From NCBI GenBank assembly GCA_963843575.1, contig CAWJKZ010000010.1, positions 192,001-256,000 on the forward strand: a stretch of 64,000 bases of DNA. The letters run 5' to 3'. The notes under the pieces are model-generated. The model ran no database searches. It worked only from the letters and a program-made list of their open reading frames with translations, and was not told where the DNA came from. The translations under genes and the position numbers were made by a program. Source of the stretch: an uncultured Acidobacteriota bacterium (GTDB taxonomy: Bacteria; Acidobacteriota; UBA6911). The first letter of the stretch is position 1; each line of letters begins with the position of its first letter. Below are positions 51,154 through 60,812 of this stretch, in pieces.

Positions 51154-51753
51154 AGCGGCCCTTAAGGCTGTCCGGCGGCGGAGGATGCCCACCAAGCGCG
51201 AGCGGGCGCGGCTGATGCGGCTCTTGATGGTTCCTTCGGGAACGCCCAGGAGGTCGGAGATCTCCTGATACGACATGTCTTCGATGTAACGCAGCCGCAG
51301 CACCTCCCTGAGGTCTTCGGGGAGGCGGCAGAGCCCCGCGGTGACGATGCGGGCAGCTTCCTCGGATTCCGCCCCCCGGTCGGGGGCGCAAACCCGGTGG
51401 TCTTCCAGGTTGAGCGCCTCCAACTCCTCGCTGCCGGCGCACCAGCGCGAGCGCCTCGAGCGCCTGAGGTGGTCGATCATCAGGTTGCGGCCTATGCGAA
51501 CGATCCAGTTGTGAAGCGTACCGGTGTCGGCCCGGAATTGATCCAAATGGACATATACGCGGGAAAACACCTCCTGGGTCAGGTCTTCGGCCTCGTACCG
51601 TACGGACGCGTATCGCTCGGCCATCCGGCGGATCTTGCGGCTGTACGAGCGCACCACGGTTTCCCAGGCCGCCGCGTCGCCCTGCAGACAACGAGATACG
51701 ACGGAAACATCTCCCCCCGGCAGCGCGATCTGTTCACAGGCAAATCCGGTCAT
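51151..51753 (-). CDS. ECF RNA polymerase sigma factor
   Basis: AEDLTQEVF, WIVRIGRNLMIDHLR, MSYQEISDLLGVPEGTIKSRISRAR. Confidence 0.92.
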   Translation of the reverse strand: MTGFACEQIALPGGDVSVVSRCLQGDAAAWETVVRSYSRKIRRMAERYASVRYEAEDLTQEVFSRVYVHLDQFRADTGTLHNWIVRIGRNLMIDHLRRSRRSRWCAGSEELEALNLEDHRVCAPDRGAESEEAARIVTAGLCRLPEDLREVLRLRYIEDMSYQEISDLLGVPEGTIKSRISRARSRLVGILRRRTALRAA

Positions 51754-51781
51754 GCGTCAACCCCCTTCCGGCCAACAGCAT

Positions 51782-51798
51782 GGCAAATCGCGTGCCAG
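51782..51798 (-). promoter_or_regulatory. Sigma54 (-24/-12) promoter upstream of the ECF sigma gene
   Basis: CTGGCACGCGATTTGCC matches TGGCACG-N4-TTGC; 29 nt upstream of the ATG. Confidence 0.72.
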
Positions 51799-52103
51799 GT
51801 TGGCTCACGGCAGAATCCGCTTGATTCTGTTGGAGTTGCCGTTACTTTAGCCGGGCAGGCCGAACCTTCATGCGTTCACATTTGAGACACCCAGTTCCGA
51901 AATCGGGACGCCCCGCGAGGGGTTGATCAGAACGAGTGGAGCTGGAAGTCGATCTTCCTGTTGTAGATGCTGTTTCCCACGGCTCCAGCCCGTTTCGGGG
52001 GAGCCGGGTTGGTCCGCCCAAATACTCGGTGCTTTCCCAGGGGCAGTCGGCTGGGGTAAACTCGAACCAATTCGGGACTTGTCCGCAACCTCGGGAGGTA
52101 GAG

Positions 52104-52532
52104 ATGAAAACGGTACAGGAGATCCTGCACGGGAAGAAATATGGGCTGTTGAGCGTGAAGCCCGACGCCACGGTGTACGAAGCCCTCCAGACCATGGCGG
52201 TGTACGACATCGGGGCGCTGCTCGTGATGGATGGCGAACTGCTTGCGGGGATATTCTCGGAACGCGACTACGCCCGGAAGGCGATGCTCAGCGGCAAGCC
52301 GCCCGCGGAGACCCGTGTCTCGGAGATGATGACGCCCCGCGTCCTCTGGGTCCAGCCGGAGCAGACGGTCGAAGAGTGCATGGCGCTCATGACCGACAAA
52401 CACGTCCGGCACCTGCCGGTGCTCAGAGACTCCCGCGTGATCGGCGTCATCTCGATCGGCGACGTGGTCAAGGAAGTGATTTCCGAACAGAAGTTCGCGA
52501 TCCAGCAGTTGGTGCACTACATCTGCAATTGA
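52104..52532 (+). CDS. CBS domain pair protein
   Basis: GGAGG RBS; GIFSERDYARK, VRHLPV, ISIGDVVK. Confidence 0.92.
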   Translation: MKTVQEILHGKKYGLLSVKPDATVYEALQTMAVYDIGALLVMDGELLAGIFSERDYARKAMLSGKPPAETRVSEMMTPRVLWVQPEQTVEECMALMTDKHVRHLPVLRDSRVIGVISIGDVVKEVISEQKFAIQQLVHYICN

Positions 52533-52560
52533 GGCGGATGATCTCGAACGGGGGTCTAGC

Positions 52561-53439
52561 ATGAAACTGCCATGGCGGTTCCTGGCATCGGTGCTGGCGC
52601 TCGCGCCGCTGGGGGTCGCCCAGGCGCAGTTTCCCTGCGAGGCGGAGGCCGTCGCCCAGTACACCGCCTGCCGCACGGTCGGCGCGATCGAAGTCGACGG
52701 GGTGCTCGATGAGCCATCATGGCGGAGCGTCCAGCGTTCCCCGCGATTTGTCGACGTCATTACCGGGAAGGCGGCGCTGTACGACACACGGGCCGCCGTG
52801 CTATGGGACGACGCGAATCTCTACGTCGCTTACTGGCTCGAAGAACCGAACGTGGCCGCGACCCTGACAGAATACGGCTCGCTCATCTACACCAACAACG
52901 ACGCGGAGCTTTTCATCGCCGGCCGGGACGCCTACTACGAGCTCGAGCTCAACGCACTCAACACGCTCTACGAGGTGTTTTTCATCTGGGAAGACGCCTA
53001 CCCAACCGGGGGTTTTGAGGCGGTACCCGAGTTTGCCAGGACTCACCCGAAGGTGAGGCCCTTCGACGGCGTCGGCTTCAGGCACCCGCGCGGCAGGCGA
53101 ATCGGGTCCTGGGCATGGCGTTTTCCCGGCCTCAAGATGGCCGTGCACGTGGACGGCACGATCAACGACCCGTCCGACAAGGACCGCGGCTGGACCGTGG
53201 AGATAGCCCTTCCCTGGGCGGGCATGAAATGGCTGGCCCGGGCTGACGCGAGGGCGCTGCCGCCGCGCGACGGGGACACCTGGCGCATGGATTTCTCCCG
53301 TTTCAACCAGTACAAGGCGCCGCCGCCGGCGCGCGATTCGGGCGGGTGGTTCTGGAGCCCCCACGGCGTCTGGGATTCGCATGTGCCCGAGTGTTTCCCG
53401 GTGGTGCGCTTCTCAAAGAGCCGCTCCGGAGCGCGCTGA
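52561..53439 (+). CDS. Carbohydrate-binding family 9-like protein, exported
   Basis: VDGVLDEPSW, WDDANLYV, YYELELN, GWTVEIALPW, WRMDFSR. Confidence 0.85.
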   Translation: MKLPWRFLASVLALAPLGVAQAQFPCEAEAVAQYTACRTVGAIEVDGVLDEPSWRSVQRSPRFVDVITGKAALYDTRAAVLWDDANLYVAYWLEEPNVAATLTEYGSLIYTNNDAELFIAGRDAYYELELNALNTLYEVFFIWEDAYPTGGFEAVPEFARTHPKVRPFDGVGFRHPRGRRIGSWAWRFPGLKMAVHVDGTINDPSDKDRGWTVEIALPWAGMKWLARADARALPPRDGDTWRMDFSRFNQYKAPPPARDSGGWFWSPHGVWDSHVPECFPVVRFSKSRSGAR

Positions 53440-53594
53440 AGACGGGCCCTCGGACCGGGATTCTTCGATCACTTCGCGTCCTGAGGTGAACTCCTGTAAC
53501 CACCTCCAGGGCTTGATCTCGCCGACCTCCCGGAGGCGAGGGGCATTCCCGTTTTTGACCGAACTTATTGAAGCGAATTCTCGTCCTACCCAGC

Positions 53595-56087
53595 ATGAAG
53601 AGCCTGAAACTCGCGCTGCGCACGCTGTTCAGCACTCCCGTCGTCACCGTCGTCGCCATCCTCTCGCTGGCCCTGGGAATCGGCGCCAACGCGGCGATCT
53701 TCTCGCTGTTTGACGAAATCCTGCTGCGCGCGTTGCCGGTAAAGCAGCCGGGGAAGCTCGTGAACCTGTCGGCGCCGGGGCCCAAACCAGGTTCGACGTC
53801 GTGCAACCAGGCGGGGGACTGCGATCAGGTGTTCAGCTACCCGATGTTCCGGGATCTGGAGCGCGTCCAGACGGTGTTCAACGGGGTGGCCGCGCACCGA
53901 CTTTTCAGTGTGAACCTCGCGGCGCGCGGCCAGACGCTCAACGGCGACGGCCTGCTGGTGTCGGGGAGCTACTTCCCGGTGCTCGGGACACGGCCGGCGT
54001 TCGGCCGCCTCCTCGACGGTGGGGACGACCGGGTCGTAGGCCAGTCGCCCGTCGTGGTGTTGAGCTACGCCTACTGGGAAAGCCGCTTCGGACTCGACCC
54101 GAAGATCATCAACGAGGTCCTGATCGTCAACGGCCTCGCCGTGACCGTGGTCGGCGTGGCGCCGCGGGGATTCGACGGAACGACGCTCGGCGCCCGCCCG
54201 CAGGTTTTCGTGCCGATCACGATGAGGGAAGCCCTGCAGCCGTTCGCGAAGGATTTTGAGGATCGGCGCGGCTACTGGGCCTACCTATTCGCGCGTTTGA
54301 AGCCGGGCGTATCGCTCGAGCAGGCGCGCGCCTCGCTGGGCGGCCAGTACCACGCGATCGTCAACGAGGTCGAGGCCCCGCTCCAGAAAGGAATGAGCGA
54401 GCAGACGATGGCACGGTTCCGGGCAAAGCCGATCCTCATCGAACAGGGAGCACACGGCCAGACCTCGGTCTCGCGCGAGGCGAAAGGCCCCCTGCTGCTT
54501 TTGCTGGGAGTGACGGCCTTCGTCCTGATCATCGCGTGCGCGAACATCGCCAACCTTCTGCTGGCTCGGGCCGCGGCGCGATCGGCCGAGATGGCGGTGA
54601 GGCTGGCCATCGGGGCCAGCCGCTGGCACCTGGTCGGACAGCTGCTGACCGAGTCGTGCCTCCTGGCCGTGTTCGGCGGAGCCGCCGGCCTGCTCGTGAG
54701 CAAGTGGACCCTGGACCTGATCGCGTCCCTCCTGCCGGCGGAGGCGGCAGCTTCACTGCACTTCGAGCTCAACCCGACGGTCCTGGCATTTTCCGCCGCC
54801 CTGACCCTGGGGACCGGCCTGCTGTTCGGGTTGTTTCCCGCGTTGCACAGCACGCGCGCCGACCTTGTCTCGTCCCTCAAGGGGCAGGCGGGGCAGCCCG
54901 CCGGAGCCCGCTCGGCGGCGCGGTTCCGGACCGCGTTGGCCACCTCGCAGATCGCGCTCTCGATGGCGCTGCTGGTGGGCGCCGGCCTCTTCACCCGGAG
55001 CCTGTTCAACATCAGCAGGGTCAATCTCGGGTTGCAGCTCGACAACGTCGTCACCTTCGCGGTCTCGCCCGCGTTGAACGGATACACGTCGGAGCGCTCG
55101 CTGCAGCTCTTCGAACGTCTCGAAGACGAGCTAGCCCGGCTCCCCGGAGTGAGTTCAGTCAGCGGCTCGCTTGTGCCCCTGCTGTCGGGCAGCAACTGGG
55201 GGAACGACGTGTCGGTCGAGGGCTACAGGTCGGGCCCGGACACCGACATGAACGCGCGCTTCAACGAGATCGGCCCCGGCTACTTCCGCACCCTCGGGGT
55301 GACGCTCCTCTCCGGACGCGAGTTTTCCCGCTCCGACGCCGCCGGGACGCCCAAGGTCGCCATAGTGAACGAGGCCTTCGCCAAGAAATTCAACCTCGGC
55401 CGGGACGCGGTCGGAAAACGCATCGGCCGGCGCGACGACAAGCTGGACACCCAGATCGTGGGCCTCGTCCAGAACGCCAAGTACAGCGAGGTGAAGGATC
55501 CCGTACCCCCTCTGTTTTTCCGCCCCTACCGGCAGAGCGAGCGGGCGGGGTACCTGACGTTCTACCTGCGGACCTCGCTCGATCCCGGGAGTTTCCTCGC
55601 CGCCGTGTCTCCGGTGGTCAAGCGGCTCGACCCCAACCTACCGGTGGAGAACCTGCGGACCATGCCGGAGCAGGTGCGCGAAAACGTGTCGCTCGACCGG
55701 ATGATCAGCGTTCTGTCGGCGGCGTTTGCCTGCCTGGCCACCCTGCTCGCAGCCGTCGGCCTGTACGGGGTGCTGGCCTACACGGTGGCTCAGCGCACCC
55801 GCGAGATCGGGTTGCGGATGGCGCTCGGCGCCGCCCCTGCACAAGTGCGCGGGATGGTGCTGCGCCAGGTTGCGCTCATGACCCTGGTGGGGGGCGCAGT
55901 GGGTCTCGCCGGCGCCGTCTGGCTGGGGCGCCTGGGCGAGTCCCTGCTCTACGAGCTCAAGGGTTCCGATCCCCTCGTCCTGATCGCCTCGGCTGCGGCG
56001 CTGGCAACGGTCGCGCTCGGGGCGGGTCTCGTGCCGGCGCACCGTGCGTCCCGAATCGACCCCATGCGCGCACTCCGCTACGAGTAG
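53595..56087 (+). CDS. ABC transporter permease, ADOP family
   Basis: [48 protein letters not shown]. Confidence 0.92.
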   Translation: MKSLKLALRTLFSTPVVTVVAILSLALGIGANAAIFSLFDEILLRALPVKQPGKLVNLSAPGPKPGSTSCNQAGDCDQVFSYPMFRDLERVQTVFNGVAAHRLFSVNLAARGQTLNGDGLLVSGSYFPVLGTRPAFGRLLDGGDDRVVGQSPVVVLSYAYWESRFGLDPKIINEVLIVNGLAVTVVGVAPRGFDGTTLGARPQVFVPITMREALQPFAKDFEDRRGYWAYLFARLKPGVSLEQARASLGGQYHAIVNEVEAPLQKGMSEQTMARFRAKPILIEQGAHGQTSVSREAKGPLLLLLGVTAFVLIIACANIANLLLARAAARSAEMAVRLAIGASRWHLVGQLLTESCLLAVFGGAAGLLVSKWTLDLIASLLPAEAAASLHFELNPTVLAFSAALTLGTGLLFGLFPALHSTRADLVSSLKGQAGQPAGARSAARFRTALATSQIALSMALLVGAGLFTRSLFNISRVNLGLQLDNVVTFAVSPALNGYTSERSLQLFERLEDELARLPGVSSVSGSLVPLLSGSNWGNDVSVEGYRSGPDTDMNARFNEIGPGYFRTLGVTLLSGREFSRSDAAGTPKVAIVNEAFAKKFNLGRDAVGKRIGRRDDKLDTQIVGLVQNAKYSEVKDPVPPLFFRPYRQSERAGYLTFYLRTSLDPGSFLAAVSPVVKRLDPNLPVENLRTMPEQVRENVSLDRMISVLSAAFACLATLLAAVGLYGVLAYTVAQRTREIGLRMALGAAPAQVRGMVLRQVALMTLVGGAVGLAGAVWLGRLGESLLYELKGSDPLVLIASAAALATVALGAGLVPAHRASRIDPMRALRYE

Positions 56088-56141
56088 TTTTCAGGCAACT
56101 CCCGCGGTTCGGGGCGATTGCGGTGTAATATATCGACCGCA

Positions 56142-57512
56142 ATGACCCAGTCGGAACCGCGTGCGTTGCATTTTGTGCTGTTTGTCACGGCCGTCACCGC
56201 CATCGGGGGATTCCTCTTCGGCTACGACACCGCCGTCATCAACGGCTCGAATTCCTACCTCCGGCTGCACATGAACCTCACCTCGGCCCAGGAAGGGGCG
56301 GCCGGGGCCAGCGCCATCCTCGGCTGCATCCCCGGGGCGATGTGCGCCGGTTTCCTCAGCGACCGGTACGGGCGCAGGAAACTGCTCTTCGTGTGCGCCC
56401 TGCTGTTCGCCGTCTCGGGGGTGCTGTCGGCGCTCCCCCGCACGTTCGGCGAATTCCTGGCCGCACGGTTCGTCAGCGGCCTCGGCATCGGGGCCTCCTC
56501 CATGATCTGTCCAGTCTTCATCGCAGAGATCGCACCGGAGAAATGGCGCGGCCGCCTGGGCACCCTCTTCCAGCTCGGCATCGTTACCGGCATCTTCCTC
56601 TCCCTGTTCATCAACAAGCTCATTCAGGGCATGGGCAACGAGGCGTGGAATATCGCCTCGGGCTGGCGCTGGATGCTGGGGATGGAAGCCGTGCCGGCCG
56701 TGGTCTTCCTGCTGCTGCTTTTCGCCGTGCCCGAGAGCCCGCGCTGGCTGGCCCAGCAGGGACGAGACCGCGCAGCGCTCCGAGTCCTCGAGAGAGTCGG
56801 AGGGCGCGAGCACGCCGGGCGGGAGTTGGCGGCCATCCACGCCGGCATGCGCGACGGGGAGGGGCGTTTTTCCGAGCTGTTTACCCGGACCTACTCCCGG
56901 CCGCTGTGGATCGCCGTGCTACTGATGGCGTTTTCCCAGTTTTCGGGCATAAACGCCGTCATCTATTATTCCACCAAGATCTTCGCCTCCGCCGGCGCCC
57001 TCCGGGACGCGGCATTCACATCGTCGGTCTGGATCGGCCTGGTGAACCTGGCGTTCACGTTCGTCGCCATCGCACTGGTGGACCGGGCGGGGCGCAAACC
57101 GCTGCTCCTGGTCGGGACCGTCGCCCAGACCGTAGCGCTCGCCCTCGTGGGCGGCCTCTTCCACGCCGGGCAGAGCGGGATCCCGCTACTCGTCTGCGTC
57201 GTCGCTTTTATCGCGGCGTTTGCCATGTCGACCGGGCCGATGTCCTGGGTCATCTGCTCGGAAATCTTCCCCAACAAGGTGCGCGGCCGGGCAATGTCGG
57301 TGGCGACGTTCGTCGTGTGGACGTCCTGCTACGTCGTCGCCCAGTCGTTCCCGGTTCTCAACGACAGCCCGACGGTCGGCCCCGCCCGGACCTTCTGGCT
57401 TTACGCGGCGGCGAGCTTTCTGGCGTGCGTCTTCGTCGTCCTCATGGTCCCGGAAACCAAGGGCCGCACCCTCGAGGAAATCGAGCGCTCCTGGCGCGCG
57501 GCCGCAAAGTGA
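56142..57512 (+). CDS. Sugar porter family MFS transporter (XylE-like)
   Basis: GGFLFGYDTAVI, DRYGRR, PESPRWL, QFSGINAVIYY, PETKGRTLEEI. Confidence 0.93.
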   Translation: MTQSEPRALHFVLFVTAVTAIGGFLFGYDTAVINGSNSYLRLHMNLTSAQEGAAGASAILGCIPGAMCAGFLSDRYGRRKLLFVCALLFAVSGVLSALPRTFGEFLAARFVSGLGIGASSMICPVFIAEIAPEKWRGRLGTLFQLGIVTGIFLSLFINKLIQGMGNEAWNIASGWRWMLGMEAVPAVVFLLLLFAVPESPRWLAQQGRDRAALRVLERVGGREHAGRELAAIHAGMRDGEGRFSELFTRTYSRPLWIAVLLMAFSQFSGINAVIYYSTKIFASAGALRDAAFTSSVWIGLVNLAFTFVAIALVDRAGRKPLLLVGTVAQTVALALVGGLFHAGQSGIPLLVCVVAFIAAFAMSTGPMSWVICSEIFPNKVRGRAMSVATFVVWTSCYVVAQSFPVLNDSPTVGPARTFWLYAAASFLACVFVVLMVPETKGRTLEEIERSWRAAAK

Positions 57513-57693
57513 AGCGGCTCCCCTTTTTTGATATCCCCGGAACTGCCCGCGGTTCTACAATCATCAGGACGTTTGACTTTCACCTCGGCTCAATTCGTTG
57601 TTTGCAGTCCACTGTTCGATCCTGTCCTGATTGCGGCGGGAATCGCGCGCTCTCCGCAACGCGGTGGTTTCCGCCGGTGTTTGGGGGGGCCAA

Positions 57694-58260
57694 ATGAGAA
57701 ATCTGAGACAATGTGCGGCGCTTTGGGCAGTTTTGACGACCGGCTGGTTTCTGGGTTGCGCTTCAAGGCCGGAGGAGGCGATCAAGCAGGCGCAGAAGGC
57801 GATGGACGAGGCCAAACAGGAACAGGCCGCCGACTTTGCGCCGGGCGACTGGAAAAGCGCCCAGGCGGCTTGGGATGAAGCCCAGGCGGCGCTCGCCAAG
57901 CAGAGCCACGGCGACGCCGCAACCCACCTCGTTCAGGCCAAGAACCGTTTCGAGCGGGCCCGCAATATCGCCCGCGCCAAGCGTGATGACGTCCGCAAAG
58001 ATGCCGGCGTCCTGCAGAGTGCCGTCAACCAGCGCTTCGCCGCCGCCAAGGAACTGTTTGGCTCGGGGCGCATCAAGGGCAAGGCCCTGAACGCCCTGAA
58101 AGAGCCGTATCAGGAGACTGAGGCGGTTGTCGAGAAGGTCAACGGCGACATGCTGAACGACCGACTGCTCGAGGCCCAGACCGGGGCAAAAGCCGCGATG
58201 CAGAAGCTCGACGAATTGCAGAAGAAGATGGCAAGCCTGGACAAAAAACTGGCCTTTTGA
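57694..58260 (+). CDS. DUF4398-like helical lipoprotein
   Basis: Lipobox FLGC; P..AI..A..A..A...AADFAP coiled-coil pattern. Confidence 0.7.
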   Translation: MRNLRQCAALWAVLTTGWFLGCASRPEEAIKQAQKAMDEAKQEQAADFAPGDWKSAQAAWDEAQAALAKQSHGDAATHLVQAKNRFERARNIARAKRDDVRKDAGVLQSAVNQRFAAAKELFGSGRIKGKALNALKEPYQETEAVVEKVNGDMLNDRLLEAQTGAKAAMQKLDELQKKMASLDKKLAF

Positions 58261-58288
58261 GATTGCAGAAGACGGAAGCATCGGCAAC

Positions 58289-58316
58289 GCCCCCTGTCCT
58301 GCGGGGGTCCTTTTTG
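58289..58316 (+). terminator. Putative intrinsic terminator
   Basis: gccccctg-tcctg-cgggggt hairpin followed by cctttttg. Confidence 0.55.
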
Positions 58317-58337
58317 CTTATTTTTCAGGAGAACGAG

Positions 58338-59099
58338 ATGACCGAGATCACGAGATATGTCCGCTGCCTGCACGCCGGCCAGGTCGGCTACGGCATCCTG
58401 CACGGGGAGACCATCACCGAGTTGAGCGGCAACTTCCTCGCGGGCGCGACGCCGACAGGCCGTAACCTGGCGCTTGGGGATGTGCGCCTGCTGGCGCCCG
58501 TCGAGCCGTCGAAGGTGATCGCCGTCGGGCTCAACTACAGGAGCCACGTGGGCGAGAGGGTCGCACCCGAGTACCCGGGCCTGTTTGCGAAAATGCCCAC
58601 CTCCATCATCGGGCCCGGGGACGAAATCCGTTTCCCCCCCGGCGCGGCCGACGTGCACTATGAGGGCGAACTCGTCGTCGTGATCGGCCGCCGGACATCG
58701 CGCGTGACCGAAGCCGAGGCCCCGGCCTGCATCTTCGGGGTGACGGCCGGCAACGACGTCAGCGAACGGCAGTGGCAGAAGAACGATCTTCAGTGGTTGC
58801 GCGCCAAAGGCTCCGACACGTTCGGACCTCTCGGCCCGGCGGTCGTGCAGGGTTTGAACTACAACGACGTTCAGGTCACGACGCGGCTCAACGGCGAGGT
58901 CCGCCAGTCGCAGCGGACCAGCGACCTGATTTTCGGCGTGCCACGCATCGTGAGTTACGTCAGCCAGTTTGTGACCCTGCTGCCGGGCGACCTCATCTTC
59001 ACCGGCACGCCGGGGACCACGAGGGCGATGAAGGCGGGGGACCGCGTGGAGGTGGAGATCGAGGGCATCGGTACCCTGCACAACACCGTCGCCGGCTGA
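58338..59099 (+). CDS. Fumarylacetoacetate hydrolase family protein
   Basis: AGGAG RBS; VGLNY, HYEGEL, NDVSER, AKGSDTFGPLGP, GDLIFTGTP. Confidence 0.92.
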   Translation: MTEITRYVRCLHAGQVGYGILHGETITELSGNFLAGATPTGRNLALGDVRLLAPVEPSKVIAVGLNYRSHVGERVAPEYPGLFAKMPTSIIGPGDEIRFPPGAADVHYEGELVVVIGRRTSRVTEAEAPACIFGVTAGNDVSERQWQKNDLQWLRAKGSDTFGPLGPAVVQGLNYNDVQVTTRLNGEVRQSQRTSDLIFGVPRIVSYVSQFVTLLPGDLIFTGTPGTTRAMKAGDRVEVEIEGIGTLHNTVAG

Positions 59100-59155
59100 A
59101 GGGGGCCGCGTCCTGATTGGGCTCTGCCGCAAGGGGAACCAGGCGCGCGCCATTC

Positions 59156-59313
59156 AGAGGCTGCCCAACGGTTGATTGTGGAGTGCGGCGGCTCGGCGCC
59201 ACCAAAGGCCGAGGTCGCAGGGTCGCATCTCGCAATTCGGCGTGGCGCCGAGGCGCCGAGCATTCCCGCCGTAGGACGAGTGAAAGCGGCGCCGAGGCGC
59301 CGCACTCCAGATT
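59156..59313 (+). mobile_element. REP/MITE family element, copy E (intact left end)
   Basis: agaggctgcccaacggttgatt followed by a body closely matching copy B; between convergent genes. Confidence 0.8.
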
Positions 59314-59326
59314 GGCCCGCGCCCTC

Positions 59327-60775
59327 CTAACGGGGCTCTTGCTTCGGCATCCACATATCCTGCCAGGTCAGGCCGCACTCGCGCACCATCTGCAGGCCGT
59401 ATTCGCTCCGTCCAAGGTCCTGGCTGCCGGCGTTGTTCGTGCCGAGCGTGAACTTGACCCCAGCCTGCCGGGCCTTGCGGATGAACGTCGCACTGGGAAT
59501 CCGGTACCGCGAATTGATCTCGAGCGCCACTTTGTTGCGCGCGAGCGCGTCGACCACTTTCCGCATCCGTTCCTCGGTCCAGAGCGTGTCGTACCACGCG
59601 GCGATAACTTCCGGCAGGAACGTCGGGTTGACGTAGATGTCGATCGGTTCGTTGTCCAGGATGCCTACGATCTTCTCGACCAGCATGTCCATGAACGCCT
59701 GCGGCTCGGGGACGTCGACCTCGTCCTTCATCCAGAGGCGCGTGCGCCGGCCGCGCTGGTCCGTGAACGTCATGGCGTCGGTGAACACGTAGTCGAAGCG
59801 TGAAATCGCCGCCTTCGAAAAGAGCTTCACCCACTCGCGCCCTTCGGCCTGCATCCCCACGAACACGGGCTGACCGGCCATCGTCCGGAGAAAGGGCTCG
59901 ACGTCGGCGTCGGAGGTGATCGGGAACCCCACCCCGCAGTTGACCGCCAGACCGAAGTTGATGCCGGACCTCCGGGAACGCGCGAGAGCTTCTTCCAGGG
60001 TGAGTCCTCCCTTGACGTGCACGTGGAAGTCTATGGTGGGAAAGTTCGATTGCTGCAGCTCGACGATGCGTGTGTCAATCTCGTCGAAACGGAGGGGCGG
60101 CGCGTCGTCGGCCAAGTCATCCGGCAGGGACTTGACCCTGATGTTGCGGAACGAGACCTTGCTCCCGGCGTCGTGGCACTGCAGGGCGAACGTCCCGCTT
60201 GAGAGCCGGCGCTCCGGCTCGTTCTTGTCCGGCACCGGGTTCTCGGGCTCCACGTAATCGACAAGCAACGTGTCGCCGAGGTGGATCTGGATCCTGCGGC
60301 CGCGGACGGAGGCGCGCATCGTAAACCACTCGCCGTCGCGTGCCATGACCTTGTAGACGTTTCGAACGCCGTAGAGGCTCCCGGTGCGTTTCAGCTCGCG
60401 GTAGCCCCCCTCGCCGAGCGCGCTGTTGTTGATCTGGACTTCGAAGCCTTTGACCGGGAATCCCGACGGCTGGAACCGGGTGTGGAAATAGATCCCGGAG
60501 TTTGCCCCGGGTTCGGTACGCACGTCGGCCAGAAGCTCGAAGTTCCGGAAATCGGCCCGGCGCGCCCCGCCGTCGTAGAAAAGGTGGGCGCGGGGCCCGT
60601 CTGCGACGATGGCGCCGTCGGTGACGCGGAAGGACACAGGGTTTTCGCCGGCTCTCCACCCGTTGAGGGTCTTGCCGTCGAAGAGCGGGATCCATTCGCC
60701 GTCGGCCGCAAGCGCCGCGGCGCACGCCAGCGTCAGACACAACACCGCAACCAGGCACTCGACTCGCGGTTTCAT
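59327..60775 (-). CDS. DUF1080 (3-keto-glycoside hydrolase-like) plus PHP-like domain protein, exported
   Basis: LFDGKTLNGW, NSGIYFH, EVQI, ALQCHD...FRNI; C-terminal DFHVH, ALEINSRY, FTLGTN. Confidence 0.82.
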   Translation of the reverse strand: MKPRVECLVAVLCLTLACAAALAADGEWIPLFDGKTLNGWRAGENPVSFRVTDGAIVADGPRAHLFYDGGARRADFRNFELLADVRTEPGANSGIYFHTRFQPSGFPVKGFEVQINNSALGEGGYRELKRTGSLYGVRNVYKVMARDGEWFTMRASVRGRRIQIHLGDTLLVDYVEPENPVPDKNEPERRLSSGTFALQCHDAGSKVSFRNIRVKSLPDDLADDAPPLRFDEIDTRIVELQQSNFPTIDFHVHVKGGLTLEEALARSRRSGINFGLAVNCGVGFPITSDADVEPFLRTMAGQPVFVGMQAEGREWVKLFSKAAISRFDYVFTDAMTFTDQRGRRTRLWMKDEVDVPEPQAFMDMLVEKIVGILDNEPIDIYVNPTFLPEVIAAWYDTLWTEERMRKVVDALARNKVALEINSRYRIPSATFIRKARQAGVKFTLGTNNAGSQDLGRSEYGLQMVRECGLTWQDMWMPKQEPR

Positions 60776-60812
60776 CGCATCCTCCTGAAATCCGCCGTGC
60801 CCGCTGCTGGCG

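Noticed and set aside
51815-51840. IHF site between the sigma54 promoter and the upstream palindromes
   Set aside because: Only the AATCAA half matches WATCAANNNNTTR; too weak to call.
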